This document shows positions 37,665 to 51,203 of a DNA stretch of 64,000 nt, one piece after another. The DNA lies in assembly GCA_030264375.1 (NCBI GenBank), contig JASCQW010000132.1:81283860-81347859 (forward strand). The letters run 5' to 3'. The notes under the pieces are model-generated. The model had not been told where the DNA came from and searched no databases. It was given only the letters and a program-made list of their open reading frames with translations. The stretch is from Carcharhinus longimanus (lineage: Eukaryota). Made by a program: the position numbers and the translations under genes. Each line of letters starts with the position of its first letter. Within the stretch, counting starts at the first letter, position 1.

Positions 37665-38175
37665 ATGAGTCAAGAGTGTTTTCTTCCTGTTGGGGAACAC
37701 TTCAGCAGTCACGGGCATTTCGCCTCTCATCTTCGGGTAAGCATACTCCAAGGCGGCCTTCAAGACACACAACAATGCAGAGTCGCTGAGCAGAGACTGG
37801 TAGCCAAGTTCTGCATACATGAGGACAGCCTCAACTGGGATTTTGGGTTCATGTCACATCATCTATAACCCCCACAACTTGCCTGGGCTTGCAAAATCTC
37901 ACTAACTCTCCTGTCTGGAGACAATACACATCTCTTTAACCTGTGCTTAACCCTCTCTCCACTCACCTTGTCTGTACCTTTAAGACTTGATTACCTGTAA
38001 AGACACGCATTCCAACCATTATTTTGTAAATTACATTTGTGTCTTCATATGCCCTGTTTGTGAACAGAACTCCCACTTACCTGATGTAGGGGCAGTGCTC
38101 TGAAAGGTAGTAGCCTTGTGCTACCAAATAAACCTGTTGGACTTTAACCTGATGTTGTGAGACTTCTTCCTGTGC
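37665..38175 (+). mobile_element. Penelope-like 3' fragment (GIY-YIG C-terminus)
   Basis: ORF SQECFLPVGEHFSSHGH...RVAEQRLVAKF...DFGFMSH plus the 3' repeat. Confidence 0.8.
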
Positions 38176-41100
38176 AGAACACAAAACCAGAGCTTCTGGT
38201 TCAGAGGCAGGGTCACTACCCAATGCATCATAAAGCCTCCTTTTATATGTGTATAAACAGTCTACGAATCTATCCTTCTCTAATGTTTGATGACCAAGAA
38301 TTGCACCATTTCTCTTCCTATTTGCATAAAAGCATAAGAAGTAATTCAGTCTATTGTACTGTGCTAGCTCTTTGAAAGTGTTATCCCATTAGTCCCACTC
38401 CACACCCTTACCCCAAAACACTGGGGCATTTACCTTTTCAAATATATCTGCAATCTTTCTATATGAAGATACATCCAAATGGATGTCATCTTCATGCAAA
38501 CCCCCAGAACAGACATGAGATTCCTTTGTTGGGGTCATTGGCAATGCACTGCCAACATGGAGAAGGAACTGCAGCAGATTTACTACATCTAAGAGCACAA
38601 ACCAATTAGGTCAATGACATGAAGATGGAAAGCTAAACAGCACCACTAATAAGTAAATGGCCAAAAGGCATTTTATTTATAGTCAACACATGAATTACAT
38701 AAGAGTGTACACCCCAGGAACAGGGCAGTTGGCCCAATTGGTTTAAGCTGGTGTTTATGCTGCACACAAAATTCCACTTAGCCTTCTTCATCTAACCCTA
38801 TCAGAATAACCTTGTAATACTTTCTCCCTTAAATGTCTTATCCCCTTGGTCATCCCATTAAATGTACAGTGGAATGTTCTAGAATAATATAAATTATCGT
38901 AATATTACTGTAAAACAACAATGACAAAAGAACTGTGCTCCACCTCACTATTGTCAAACTAAAAGATAAGAACACAACCCAAATTGTCTCTGTAGACGAG
39001 TGGTCACATGGATGCTGGGGTAACGCTGGTATGAAAGAAGTCACGTGCTGGTAGCATGGGAGTTCTCCCAGGGTACAGACAGACACACGGCATGTAAGAA
39101 CTTCTCCATTATACCAATAAACTCATTGTGAATCACTGGTTGCCAATCTTTGCAACCCAGCACTCCTATAAGTGTCTGTGACAATAATGGTCAGTGATCA
39201 TTTCACCCAGATCTTGGGAGAGATTTTAACTCATTTACAATCAACTTAATTGCACAGAGTTAAAATGCAGTCCCAGTTCTCCACACTGCAAACATCTGCT
39301 GAGGAAAAGCTCTGGTTTTGTTTATACCTAGTTTTAATTATTTAAGTCTGTAAAATGTGCATTGAAGATTGCCATGTGATCTTCAGTGTACTCTAATGAC
39401 TCTGAAATATGCATACTGTGCAGTTAACAATGTCACTACTTTGTGCAACAATTACTGCACACACTTGGATTAGCACTAACTAAAGCGCCGATGATCATTG
39501 AAACTGTATGCCAAAATAACCTTTGAAATAATAAGCTCCACACGTGAAAAGGTTACAGCAGGGCTGTGAAAATGAATCACGAACTTGCAGACAAGCAATC
39601 AACTGGCAAATTAACATCTGGGGACTAACCTGCAATTCACAGGAGCCAAGTTATATGAGAGAAGCATTAATTTGTCCACTGTGCTGAGCATTCTGAATTT
39701 CAGTAGACCTGAAATCAGCAGTTTGAAATTTCTGAAGTAATTAACTTTCAAAAACATCAGTTCAGTTGGGTTCTGTATATCCATATCAGTAAGAACAAAC
39801 CATTACTTGCACAGATTTCTCCATATAGATAATTATATTTGTTGGTTAATCCGTTGATTCACTATTTAAGGTATTGTTTGACAGTGAGTTCCTTGAGGCT
39901 GGGTACTTGCTCTGATCTGATTCCCGATCCTCATTGGTCTGAATGCCTCTGCCTCCAGAATATGTTATTAAATGTTGGTACACACTTGTAAATATACAAT
40001 CACAGGTGCCGGAATTTTACCGCCTCACCCACCTGAGGCTCACAAGATCCCACTGGCAGTCAATGGAGAATGCCATTCTGTGAGCCTCGCCCACCCAATT
40101 CCAGGCCAGGTGTGCCAGTAAAATGTCTCTTTGTAGAGTGAACCAACTCTTTAATTCAATACTTTCCCAGTCTTCACTGTACTGTCAAGTGTAATTATTT
40201 CAGAGTATTTAACACTTCTGGTTACTTTAATTGGTAGCTTGACCTAAATTAAGAGATCCACAAACAAAATTCAGTACAATTTGTTCTCAATTGTGGTGCC
40301 ACTTAGATGATGTTTGGGCTTTGATGAAATTTCACAGCGTCCTAATTTAGCAGCATTTATTCATATAACTATGAAACTCACACAGTCACATCAAGTTGAT
40401 ACATGACATGAATTTTAGAGTGCATTCATGCTATAGCAGAAACACGTGCAAGCTTGCCTTATTCTCCTTTGTTCCAAGGTCAGGTTGAGGACTAACTCAG
40501 GATCTACTCTGCAAGATTCTGGCACTGGTGCACAGCATCCCAAGGCTAAATTGTAATTTAAAAGCACTTAAACTCTCAGTGAAGCATCAACACCAAGCTT
40601 AGAACAGTGTAGTATACTTCAACTGGTGGAACCTTTTACATCTCACATGCAAGCCGTGCTTCAAAGTCCCTTGATGAAGGTGAATTGAGCTGAGACCTAT
40701 GTTATACATGTCTGTTTTAGTCTGATGCTAGTTTGCCACAAGCTATTTGCGTGCAAGGCTTGCAGGAGCAGAGCAACTCCAACGTTGTCAGTAATCAGGT
40801 ATAGCTACGTCAGTGCTTTAATTTGTGTGAGGCTACACCATGCTTGAAATGTCACTTATGGCATAAAGCCCACCTGGTATTTTTAGGAGCAAACAAGTGT
40901 TAGCAGATTTTGACTGGTTGCAGGTATTTCACACTGCAGTAATGACCCTGATTTTGCAGTGAGTGGCAGATTGTTGCTGATCTCTGAGAAAGCTGCCCAC
41001 ATAGATCCTGAGATCCCTGTGATGTGGACTTCTCTTCTTCCAACAGCACTTGAAATCTGACACCAAGTCAAGGGGATTGTCCCAGACATGCCGCGACTGT

Positions 41101-41953
41101 AACACCAATAAACATCCAATCACATCAAATAACTTTATCTGTCACTTTCAATTGAATTGTTTCAATTTAGCTAGAAGCTAAAATGACAATGTAAATAAAC
41201 TTTTTAACACATTTTATTTTAAAAATGTGGATTTTTGATTGTACTGAAGAAGTGTTATATTTATTAAATGTACAATCAGGGCCATTGGGATATTTAATGA
41301 AACTTAGTAATACTTCATTCAACAAAGTGTAACCTTTTTAAGCGTTTATGCATTGAAATTAACAGTGTAAAAGTGATCATTCTAATCAATTCATAAATTT
41401 CCCGTTGATTGCTCTCTGGGGTTGTGGGGTAGAAGCTGGAGGAGCCTCACCAGCCATTTCTGGATTTCTGAGTTATTTTGAGCATGTACAAACTCCACAA
41501 ATTGCTGCCAATTTCAATAGTCTAATGACAACAGATGCTAACAGTTTGTCTCTCATTATCACCACAAATTTATCAATGAACACACCGACTGCGACTAGGA
41601 AGGCCTGTATGAGGAGATGCCGGCCAACAAAACATAGTATCTATATGGAGTCAATATACTCAGAGATCACTAATGAAAAACTAAAGCAACATGCAATAGA
41701 GATTTAACACTGATACTATTTTCAGCTAGATAGAGACAGTTGCTTTTAAATGTTAAAGGAAAGAGATCCAGTTTGATGCCTTATTAGTGTATTCGAATTG
41801 GCAATAGCCTGGGACCAGTGGACATGTTTGACATGAATTCCATCCTGTACCACCATAATCACTATATAAGACCAACATTTGCTTTGGAATGGAACACTGC
41901 AACATTTTCATGTTGTACACAGGAATGTCTTGAATTTATTACAAATTTATTAC

Positions 41954-41984
41954 CTTTTTTTGTGGCGAATATTCATCGATGGTG
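41954..41984 (-). CDS. RAPGEF5: RAPGEF5-like 31-nt exon: (H)TIDEYSPQKK
   Basis: tttcag|C ACC ATC GAT GAA TAT TCG CCA CAA AAA AAG|gtaata. Matches recalled 'HTVDEYSPQKK' and phases fit both neighbours. Not in the ORF track. Confidence 0.9.
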
Positions 41985-44900
41985 CTGAAACAAAAATAAA
42001 TTAATTCAGACCAATTGCAATTTTGATTATATTTGGCAGGATTCTCCAGCTGTTCAAGCTCAGCGAGAATGGAGAATATGGCGCTCAGCCAAACCTCCAT
42101 TCACTGCAGTGGGACTGGAGAATCACATCTGCGAGCGAGGTTGGAGGATCCAGCCCATTATCGTTTCCATGCCCTTTTTTCAATAAATTTGCATCAGGCC
42201 TCTGAGTGCAAGCAAATAACTTACTCCAAGCTTTCTGCCTTTCTGAAATAATCCACTAGGAAGTGTGTGAAAGTGGCTGAGACTCCTGCACTGTTTATAG
42301 ATGTCAGTGGTGTAATATCTGGACTCTGTCAATCAGGGCAGAATAAGTCAATATTGGAAGCCTATTTTACCATGAATACAGCTTGCATCATCATTGCCAC
42401 TAACTATCTGCTTTATGCACAGATGATCAGCTTTGCAAGTTTGGCTCACGTTGTCAATACAGCTGATACGAAGGTAACTGAACATGTCCCATAATGCATA
42501 GTACCTTGGCTTTGTGCAATTAAAGGAGCAAGCTGAAAGAAGCAAACAGCCTTTGTGGAGGAGGAGATGAGGAGGCGTTGATGAGGAGGTGGAGATGAAA
42601 GAGAAACAAACATCAGGGGGCAAGCTGGACTTAAGGGAAATATGGACCCCAAGGGGTAAAAAAGAATGGAGGCAAAGGGAGGGGATTTTAGTGATACAAG
42701 CCTATGGGTTTACTGGCTTACAGATTGGGAGCCCCATAAGTTTTTGGGTGGCTGTCCTGCCACCCACTGCTTACCCAACTCATCTCCAATTTTATTTAAG
42801 GTGGGCAAGACTCAGGACAGACCTCTCAATTTACAAACATTCACTCCCTCCACCATCAATGCACACTGGCAGCAGTGTGTGTCATCTGTAAGATGTACTG
42901 GAAGAACTCACCCAGGCTCCTTAGACAGCACCTTCCAAAGTCACGACCACTACCATCTAACAGGATTACGGCAGGAAACACATGTGAACACCAGCACCTG
43001 GAAGCTCTCTCCCAAGCCATTCACCATCACAATTTGGAACAATATCACCATTCCTTCACTGTCACTGGGTCAAAATCCTGGAATTAATTCTCTTTGAGTG
43101 ATGGTATGAGAAACCACGCCATCCAAAAGACTCTGCCCAAAGATGTTGGTACAGATTAAAGAAAACAGAGTTTTGATGTGTGAAATGGATAGGATGAGGC
43201 AAGTATAGAAAATGGAAACCCAAAAGAGCGTGGGGAATAAAATCAAAGATTCTGGGGTAATTCTCACAATTGGATTGGAAACACATGATCACGAGGAGAA
43301 ACCAGAGAAGGTGAAATGTGAGACAAATTGGACAAAGGGAAATATATTAAAGAAAAAAGAGAACCAGGAATCAGTTCAAGAAAAATCTCCAAAAAAGGAT
43401 ATGACAAAGGTTAAATAAGGCTATGAAATGAAAGGTCAAAGGTCTTAGAATGATCGGAATCACAAAAACATTGGAATAAAATCCTAAATGCATTCCAAAT
43501 TTAAGATACATTCACATTGTAAGGAGCAGCAAAACCCATTGGGCACAGCAGTATTTTGAGTCTCGATTTTGGACTTCACTGTTTCTTTCCATTATTCCAT
43601 GCTAGGCGTTGCTGGATCTCAGAAACCAGCGATTCTTCAGCTAAAAGGGAACGCCTGACTCTGCAGCATTGGAAATTCAAAATCTGTTATTTTCCAATGC
43701 TCTAATAGTGATAAAGAGGCTCTGTTCTGTGTTATATTGGGGCATCAATGAGAATTTCAGCCTGGAATCTAATTGTGGCATCGTTTTCAATCATTCCCTT
43801 GTTGAGCAGACAATCAGTTTTTTCAGGCCCTCACATTTGGGCTGTTTGCTCTTGTAGCTGGAACTCAGCTGCTGTATATAATTGACATGCGTGCATGAGA
43901 TGCATCTGTGTCCAAAACGCTGATCTCATTAACCGCCATTTAAATTAATATAAAGCACGTTACAAAGTGCCATCAGAGGCAGTCCAAGAGGCAACTGCAA
44001 ATTATCTGCTGCCAAACCAACATGCCAGGGTTCTCACCTTGTCATGTGCTCACTTCTGACTTTCACATAATGCCAAAACTGAGTCAAACATGTGTAGGGT
44101 TTGCAGTGCATGCTGGAAGTTGTAGCCTGCTCTGCCATGTTTGATTCTTGCTATGTGGAACTACAATTCCCAAGGGTGTCTTGTTGGTATCATTATCAAA
44201 GAGGACAGAAGGTCATTTGGAAGCAAGTTAGATGGTGGAGTTGGGGGCAAAGATTAGAGTTTGGGGCAGTTTTTACTGTAGCAGGGCATCTCATGACATT
44301 TGCTATTAGTTAGATTTGCCCCTGCATTCATCAACTCAAAATATTTTGGCCCACAGCATTTCTAAAAGTGGGTGCTGACAGTGACGCAGTGAGGAAAACA
44401 AGACATCTGGGACTTGAGTAAACAGAAAAGCCAGCAAAGTGGTTTCCTTTGCCCATCAGATTTAAGAATTAGGGAATAAACAGTGCATGAGATAAATGGA
44501 GTGAATTTTATATCTAATCAGGTCCATAAAAATAAAGAGAGTGGAGGAAAAACTGAATTAAAAGAGAGAGAAAAAGATACAAGAAGAAAGGATAAGATTT
44601 TTAAAATAATTTGAAACCTCCTAAAACAATTCAAAGCCTAAAAGAATGATATTCTACACTTGTACTCATTAATATTTTGGTGCCAGAGAAATTAATTGGC
44701 AGTCAATAATACCTATTACATATTTAATTGGGAGTTTACACAGCTACTATTCCTATCTGTTTAGGTTTAGTTCACATCTACTNNNNNNNNNNNNNNNNNN
44801 NNNNNNNNNNNNNNNNNNNNNNNNNNNNNNNNNNNNNNNNNNNNNNNNNNNNNNNNNNNNNNNNNNNNNNNNNNNNNNNNNNACTATTCCTATCTGTTTA

Positions 44901-45310
44901 GGTTTAGTTCAAATCTACTGTACAAACACTGCAACTTTTCAATTTTCAATATAGTTCAATGGTGAAGGCTGACAGTGAAAAACTATTTTACTGAAGTTAC
45001 TGGTAATTTATTGGCATTCACATTTAACCTTGCGTCCGTGCCATGTCTGACTGGACTGGACCATTTACACGTAAATAACAATAAGTGCCATTAGCCTTAA
45101 ATTGACAATGTTACTTTGACAGAAATGACAGATCAAAAATACTGTTTATTATCACCTGGTGATTGGGTGGATTGGGTTAGCCACTAACAATAAACTGAGT
45201 GTGGACAAACAACCAGGACTGCCCATTTACCGACCTTTTCCACATGGAAGCTCTGGATGTTTTATCAGCTTACATAATGTCACTTTACGCAAACATACTA
45301 CGTAAGATGG

Positions 45311-45598
45311 ACAGCACGCTGGCACAGTGGTTAGCACTGCTGCCTCACAATGCCAGGGACCTGGGTTTGATTCCTGACTTTGGTCACTGTCTACACATTC
45401 TCCCCGTGTCTGCATGGGATTTTTCCAGGTGCTCTGTTTCCTCCTGCAGTCCGAAAGACATGCTGGTTAGGTACATTGACCATCCTAAATTCTCCCTCAG
45501 TGCACCCGTAGAGGCGCTGGAGTGTGACAACTAGGGGATTTTTACAATAACTTTATTGCAGTGTTAATGCAAGGCTACTTGTGACACTAATAAATAAA
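45311..45598 (+). mobile_element. SINE, HE1-like head with alternative tail
   Basis: Head acagcacgctggcacagtggttagc. Tail ttgcagtgttaatgcaaggctacttgtgacactaataaa. Confidence 0.8.
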
Positions 45599-45853
45599 AA
45601 TAGAATTAACGGCCACTTTAATAAAACTTTTGCTAGTCAGTGGATGGTAGAATATAGAAGGGAAGTTGTGCCCATTCTTTTGAAATGATGTACCTACGGA
45701 AGGGGTTGTTTATAGAGCATCTCAGGCACCATGCTCCTCCCCTTGCTCTGTTGCCACAATGAATAATAAGTGTCGGCACATCCTGTTAATTCGACAAATA
45801 TTAATAGCACTAACGCACAGCTCCAGGCAAGGAATGTACTCCGTTGTACTCAC

Positions 45854-45951
45854 TGTCTGCGAGGTGTCCAAAACAGGCTCTGGAGTTCTTTCAAACCCTT
45901 TTCCAAACTGGGATACTCAAAAATATCATCAAGCACACACCTATAAAGATT
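45854..45951 (-). CDS. RAPGEF5: RAPGEF5-like exon: NLYRCVLDDIFEYPSLEKGLKELQSLFWTPRR(H)
   Basis: Resembles 'IYRNVLDDVYEYPILEKELKEFQ'. ttccag acceptor, gtgagt donor, 98 nt, follows an 85-nt intron. Confidence 0.9.
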
Positions 45952-46036
45952 CTGGAACACAACAATTAAGAATAATGCATTTGTTTGTGAAGACTTTCTA
46001 AAGACTAAAATAACTCTTTTCTTTTCAGTGCTGTAC

Positions 46037-46184
46037 CTTGAAAACCAATTTTGCATTTTCATCTTCTCGTAATAAAGTCCGATAAAGAAATACCCATTGT
46101 GACACAATGCGTAGCACTTTGCGCTTTCGGTACAAGCTGTTATCTGAATCTTCTTGCTTTTCTGTATATGTCTTCAGACAATAG
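46037..46184 (-). CDS. RAPGEF5: RAPGEF5-like exon, most 5' in window (REM region): (H)YCLKTYTEKQEDSDNSLYRKRKVLRIVSQWVFLYRTLLREDENAKLVFK
   Basis: Resembles recalled RAPGEF5 'RRKRKVLHLVSQW...EDEHSKMFLK'. 148 nt (1+49 codons), GT donor, non-canonical AC acceptor preceded by a U12 branch motif. Confidence 0.85.
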
Positions 46185-46205
46185 GTAACTTTGAGTCAAG
46201 GAAAA
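46185..46205 (-). promoter_or_regulatory. U12-type (AT-AC) intron 3' end: branch site and AC acceptor
   Basis: Minus strand reads ttttCCTTGACtcaaagttAC|exon. Branch A at 46196, the 12th nt from the intron 3' end. Confidence 0.8.
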
Positions 46206-48104
46206 TACCTTTGCAATTAAGAAAAAATCATATCTCTAATGTAATGTGAATTTTACCTGCTTCTATGCTTATGGAGGTCAGAGTTTGTTTTATTTCTGGC
46301 TCAAATGGTTGGGAGAAATCTGTTTGGGGAGCAATCCATCTGTGTTCATTATTAGTGGCCAACAGAAATAATGGTGACTGCCATCAGCTTACAGAGCTGT
46401 TCCATTGCCTTTGCCTTGGGACACTGGGGAAGGGCAGCAATCAATATTCCATTGATTATTTCCAAGCAGCCATATTCAATGTTTTAGGAATGTTGAGTTA
46501 GCTCTAACACAAGTTGGCATCGCTGCTGTGGTTCCAAACATTGCTCACTGATGCTCTTTATTCAAGAGTCTGTGCTCCAAGAGTAGAGTTTGAATTTTTC
46601 AACCTCTCAATGGAACTCTTCAGTATGAANNNNNNNNNNNNNNNNNNNNNNNNNNNNNNNNNNNNNNNNNNNNNNNNNNNNNNNNNNNNNNNNNNNNNNN
46701 NNNNNNNNNNNNNNNNNNNNNNNNNNNNNNNNNNNNNNNTATCCCTCTGAATTGCTGTAATTATATCTGCTGCGTATTAGAATACAATAACACTATTTCC
46801 ATTCACCAACGTTTACAGGTTAATCGGTTCTTCCAGTTACATTTTCAAATGAAGCATAGGGAATATCAGTGAGCATAAGACCAAAATAAATATTGACATG
46901 ACCAAAAGAAGATTTGCAATCACATTCTCAATCAATGATGAGCAATATAGTCTTGATAGTGATGCCCAATGCCACATTAAACAAATAGTAGAGCTGTTAA
47001 AGAAATAATGTAAGAGGAGAAAAGTTGACAAAATTATCTCAGTGCCCTTTACAAAACTAAATAAACTGAATTATCTCTGCTTGTGTTGCTGAGTCCTCCA
47101 AGGTAAAGGGTAAGACCTATATTTTGCCTGCCAAGTGATCCCTAACATTGTCATCCTAAATCAACCATGCCATCTTACTGTAAACCAATTGCAGGAATCT
47201 TAGCCAGTTACACCAGACTTGCCATTAAATCAAGTCATTCTCGTTATCTCCTTGAAGACGGCTTGACCTTGCTTGTCCAAAGCAGAACTGATTTAGTAAC
47301 TGCATTTTTCTGATAGGAGTATCTGAGTATCAAGGAACCATCACATTTCCTGCCAACAAATTTTATTAACTCTGCCTGACGTTCAGAGGACCTTAACCTC
47401 TAGAATGCAGTTACACGTTGAATGTGCAGCTATTCTGTAAATAATAGTCATGCAGAAACATAAATTTTGTCTCTGGCAATTCGGGTCCTGAATGCATTTG
47501 TTCATCCTATTTGTTACACAGGAATTTTACAGTACTAAGTTTGAGATGTTAAATTATGTATTTAGACATCAGCCAGATGTAATTCTTTTTATTACTCTGG
47601 CCATTGCCTCTCCCCACTTTCCTCTCTTGAAGGTGCTGAATTTTGGTGGGATAAAGATCCACCAGCACCAGCCACCCTTTGGCATGTATCCTAAATACCC
47701 ATCTTTCCAAATGAACAATTTGAGTGATAGTTAACCATTGAGAAGCGTTCTAGCAAAGCCCAATTCTGTTCTTATCGACATATAGGCTCAAATTTTCTGG
47801 CTGTTCAAGCCCTGCTGTCATTAGAAGCGAGGATGGAGAATTTAGTGCTCAGTCAAATCTCCGTTCACCGCAGTGGGACCATAAAATCCTGCCAGTGTGA
47901 ACGGCTGGAAAATTCCCCCTACACACTCCTTTCTGTGGGAGTCACTTGTGTTCCTGGGGACCAGGAACCTTGATCAATTTTCTTCCTCTTTGGCCTAAAG
48001 CACATTTAGGTAAATGGTAACATCTAACATGACGACTGAGCTAAATACTGACCAGGGATTAAACCTTGTTCAGTTTCACCTTGGGCAGTGTATTTACTAT
48101 CTAG

Positions 48105-49225
48105 ATGCTTCCCCCGGATCCCCAGCTGAGGTTAGGCAGCCTGCTGACTTCCATGCCCTGTTGCCTGAGATGATCTTGGCAGGCATCCCCTGGGGGGGCC
48201 TGTGCCTTAAGGGTCCTGGCCTACTTTCGGGCAGCACGAGTATTGCAATGCAGTCACCATTGGTGTGTTGGGTTGAAGGAGTATTGATTTCAGGGAGGGG
48301 GACTCAGATAGGCTGGATACCCCCACGGTCTCCTCAGTGGAAGGCACTGTGTTATGCACTAGTGATCCTCATCCCTTCAGGTGCCCAATGGGCCTGAGAT
48401 CCTCCAAGAGATAGAGGGGCATCTGGAGTGAGGTCCACTGTCCTCTGGTGCTGACACTCATGGATTCCAATCAATGCCTGTACCATGCAGTTAAAAGCCC
48501 TACACCATGGATTTCATGTCTTCTGACATGGAGGTCATGAGGTGAACCATGGTGTGGCTATCTCCTGCCACTGAGTGAATGTCCCAATCCAAAGTCTCCA
48601 GTGCAGTCTTGGCCTCGGTTCGCTGAAGTGACAGCACCATCTCCTTGACATAAGGTGATGGGATTCCTCCAGTCGGCCTTGCATCCTAGGAGGGGTGCTT
48701 TCATCTCCTCCTGATGCTCACAACTGCCTTTGCAGCTCCAGCAGCTCTGGTCTAGGGGCACATCATCAGGCAGGGGCCCAGCAGTGTCCTGACCTTTGAC
48801 ATCCTTCCAGGTTCCCTGGGACATCCCTGCTTCCAACTCCTGTGGATTTTCAGCTCTGTGGAGCTCACCAATGAGTGACCAGAAGCCTGCCTACTCAGCC
48901 CATCCACTGAGGGGTAATTATCTGTGCTAGTGCTGAGTCTGCGTGACAGTTGTGACACATTTTCAGTGGCAGGGTTTGAGAAGTCTCCATCATAGTTACT
49001 CGATTCCAGTAGGTGCAGGGAGTGGTCCAGCCTGTTTTGCTGCTTTGCCTGCAAGAGAAGGGAGGTTGCATTAATGCATTACAGGGAGTAAAGGAGGGAA
49101 TATTGATTATTCACTTGAGACATGAGGAATGCAGCGTGACCTGAGGATTCTCACATTTGTCTGCTGCCCCCACCATCATCACAGGCGTAGTCCCTTCTCC
49201 TTCGTCAACTTGAGGGCCCTCTCCT
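48105..49225 (-). mobile_element. GC-rich degenerate fragment, possibly a Harbinger accessory-ORF region
   Basis: GC-rich, coding-like low-complexity stretch in an AT-rich intron with no intact ORF. The family assignment is inference. Confidence 0.3.
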
Positions 49226-49234
49226 GAGATGACA

Positions 49235-49560
49235 TAAAGCCATAAGATATAGGAGCGTCATTAGGCCATTCGGCCCATTCAATCTGCTCCACTATTCAAT
49301 CATGGCTGATAAGTTTTCAACCCCATTCTCCCACATTTTCCCTGTAACCTTCGATCCTCTTACCAATCAAGAACCTACCTATCTCTGTCTAAAATATACT
49401 CAATGACCTGGCCTCCACAGCCTTCTGTGGCAATGAATTCCATAGATTCACCACTCTCTGGCTGTAGAAATTCCTGCTCATTTTGTCCCTTTATTCTGAG
49501 GCTGTGCCCCTGGGTCCTAGTCTTACCTACTAATGGAAACATCTTCCCCACGTCCACTCT
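49235..49560 (-). mobile_element. CR1 3' fragment
   Basis: cataagatataggagc tail and RVDVGKMFPLVGKTRTQGHSLRIKG. Confidence 0.85.
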
Positions 49561-51059
49561 AATAACAATAAATAAAACAAACATTATTAGAATTCAATGT
49601 CTTGCTCCCACACAGACTGAATGAGTGCTCAGCAGCAGAGAACTAGCAGGAGCTGCCACAGATAATGGAGTTGTCCCTTCCAATTAAACTACATTTGTAT
49701 CATTCAAACACTCTGCTCCACTCCATGGCACTTGATGCATCAGACAACATTCAGGCTCAAGTATCAACAACCATAGTGCTGTACTTGTAGGGCTGTCCGC
49801 TCACCCAGAGCGCAAAGGTACTAATCCACCTCCGCTCTGAGACAGATATTGATATATACAGCACCTAATCATTTCACTTCTTTCTACCAGTGGAGAAATA
49901 GAAGCACCTACCACAGTGGACCCTGCCACAGTGAACCCAACTGATATTCACTTTAATGTTGTCTGGTACCTGCCACAGTGAACCCAACTGACGTGTGTTT
50001 AGTTTGGTGTGTACATATGTAACGTACAGGTTCACTGATATTCCATATTACATTGCTACACTTCATTTGGGATGAGACAGGAATATGGTAGTTGTGGAGA
50101 AGTACTGTGATAAAGAAAAGGCTGGGAAAAACAAGTAGGTTTTTCTTTTGCCAGGACTTTGACCACATGTTCAGATGTCCTGTTTTGCATAGGATGGTGC
50201 AAGCATTAAAATCACTCCTAAAGTGTGGTGTCTACTGTACCTTTCTTTAAGCACCAGTTTGACTCAGTTGACAGGACAATACAGGCTGTGATTTTCCAAC
50301 CCTGCCTGCCACTGCCATCATCCAGTCCTGCCGAAAGTTGATGGAATTGTATCTGGGTCGCTGCATGCCCTGCAGTTGATCCCATAGTGGCAGGGCTAGA
50401 GATTCCAGTCATTGATTGAAAAGTTGTAGATTCAAGCTCCACGTTGCACTCACAGGACATGAGTTTCCTGCATACACATTATTGATCCCATATTGATGCG
50501 AAACTTGAGCCCACAATTTCCATTAACACACGCTCAATGTAACATCAGAGCCAGATAACCTAAAGTCATCATTGCAACAAAATCATCTAGCTTATACCAG
50601 AATCGAACACATAAGATTGTATGATCATGAAGACAGAAAAGAGCACTTGAATTACCAGCTCAGAAATGACGTAATTTATAGTTTATGAGCCAAGGTGGTC
50701 AGTCTTGAAGTCATTAGTAATATATCGGCATTCTTTTTAACATCACTGTATCCAATGTTTGAAATCATTTTTTTCAAATGTAAATGATGTAGAATGTTCA
50801 ATTATAGGCTGGTTCAATCAATAAAATTGTACAATATAAATTACCTAAAAAAAAGGAACATAAATGGTACATTAGCATCACTTTTAGGGTTCTGACTTCA
50901 ATGAATACTGCTCATTTGTTTTACTGAAATCAATAGCACTCACCAGCTAAGGTTATCTAACAGAACATTAATACCTGAGGAGTCTGGCCTTATGGAAAGG
51001 TATTTGACAAACAGCTTTATAACTAGAATAATCAATTAGAATTAATCAATAGAATCTCT

Positions 51060-51203
51060 AGAATTATAGAGAGTGTAGGAGGGAGCTAAAGAGTGGTATT
51101 AGAAGGGCAAGGAGAGGGCATGAAAGGGCTTTGGCTGGTAGGATTAAGGAAAATCCAAAGGCATTTTATTCCTATATCAGGAGCAAGAGAGTAGTTAGAG
51201 GGA
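51060..51203 (+). mobile_element. CR1 ORF2 fragment running into gap
   Basis: LAGRIKENPKAFYSYIRSKR motif. Confidence 0.85.

Noticed and set aside
44745-44920. Direct repeat flanking a 100-N gap
   Set aside because: Near-identical 37-nt overlap with one mismatch on either side of a round-number gap, most likely an unmerged contig or haplotype overlap.
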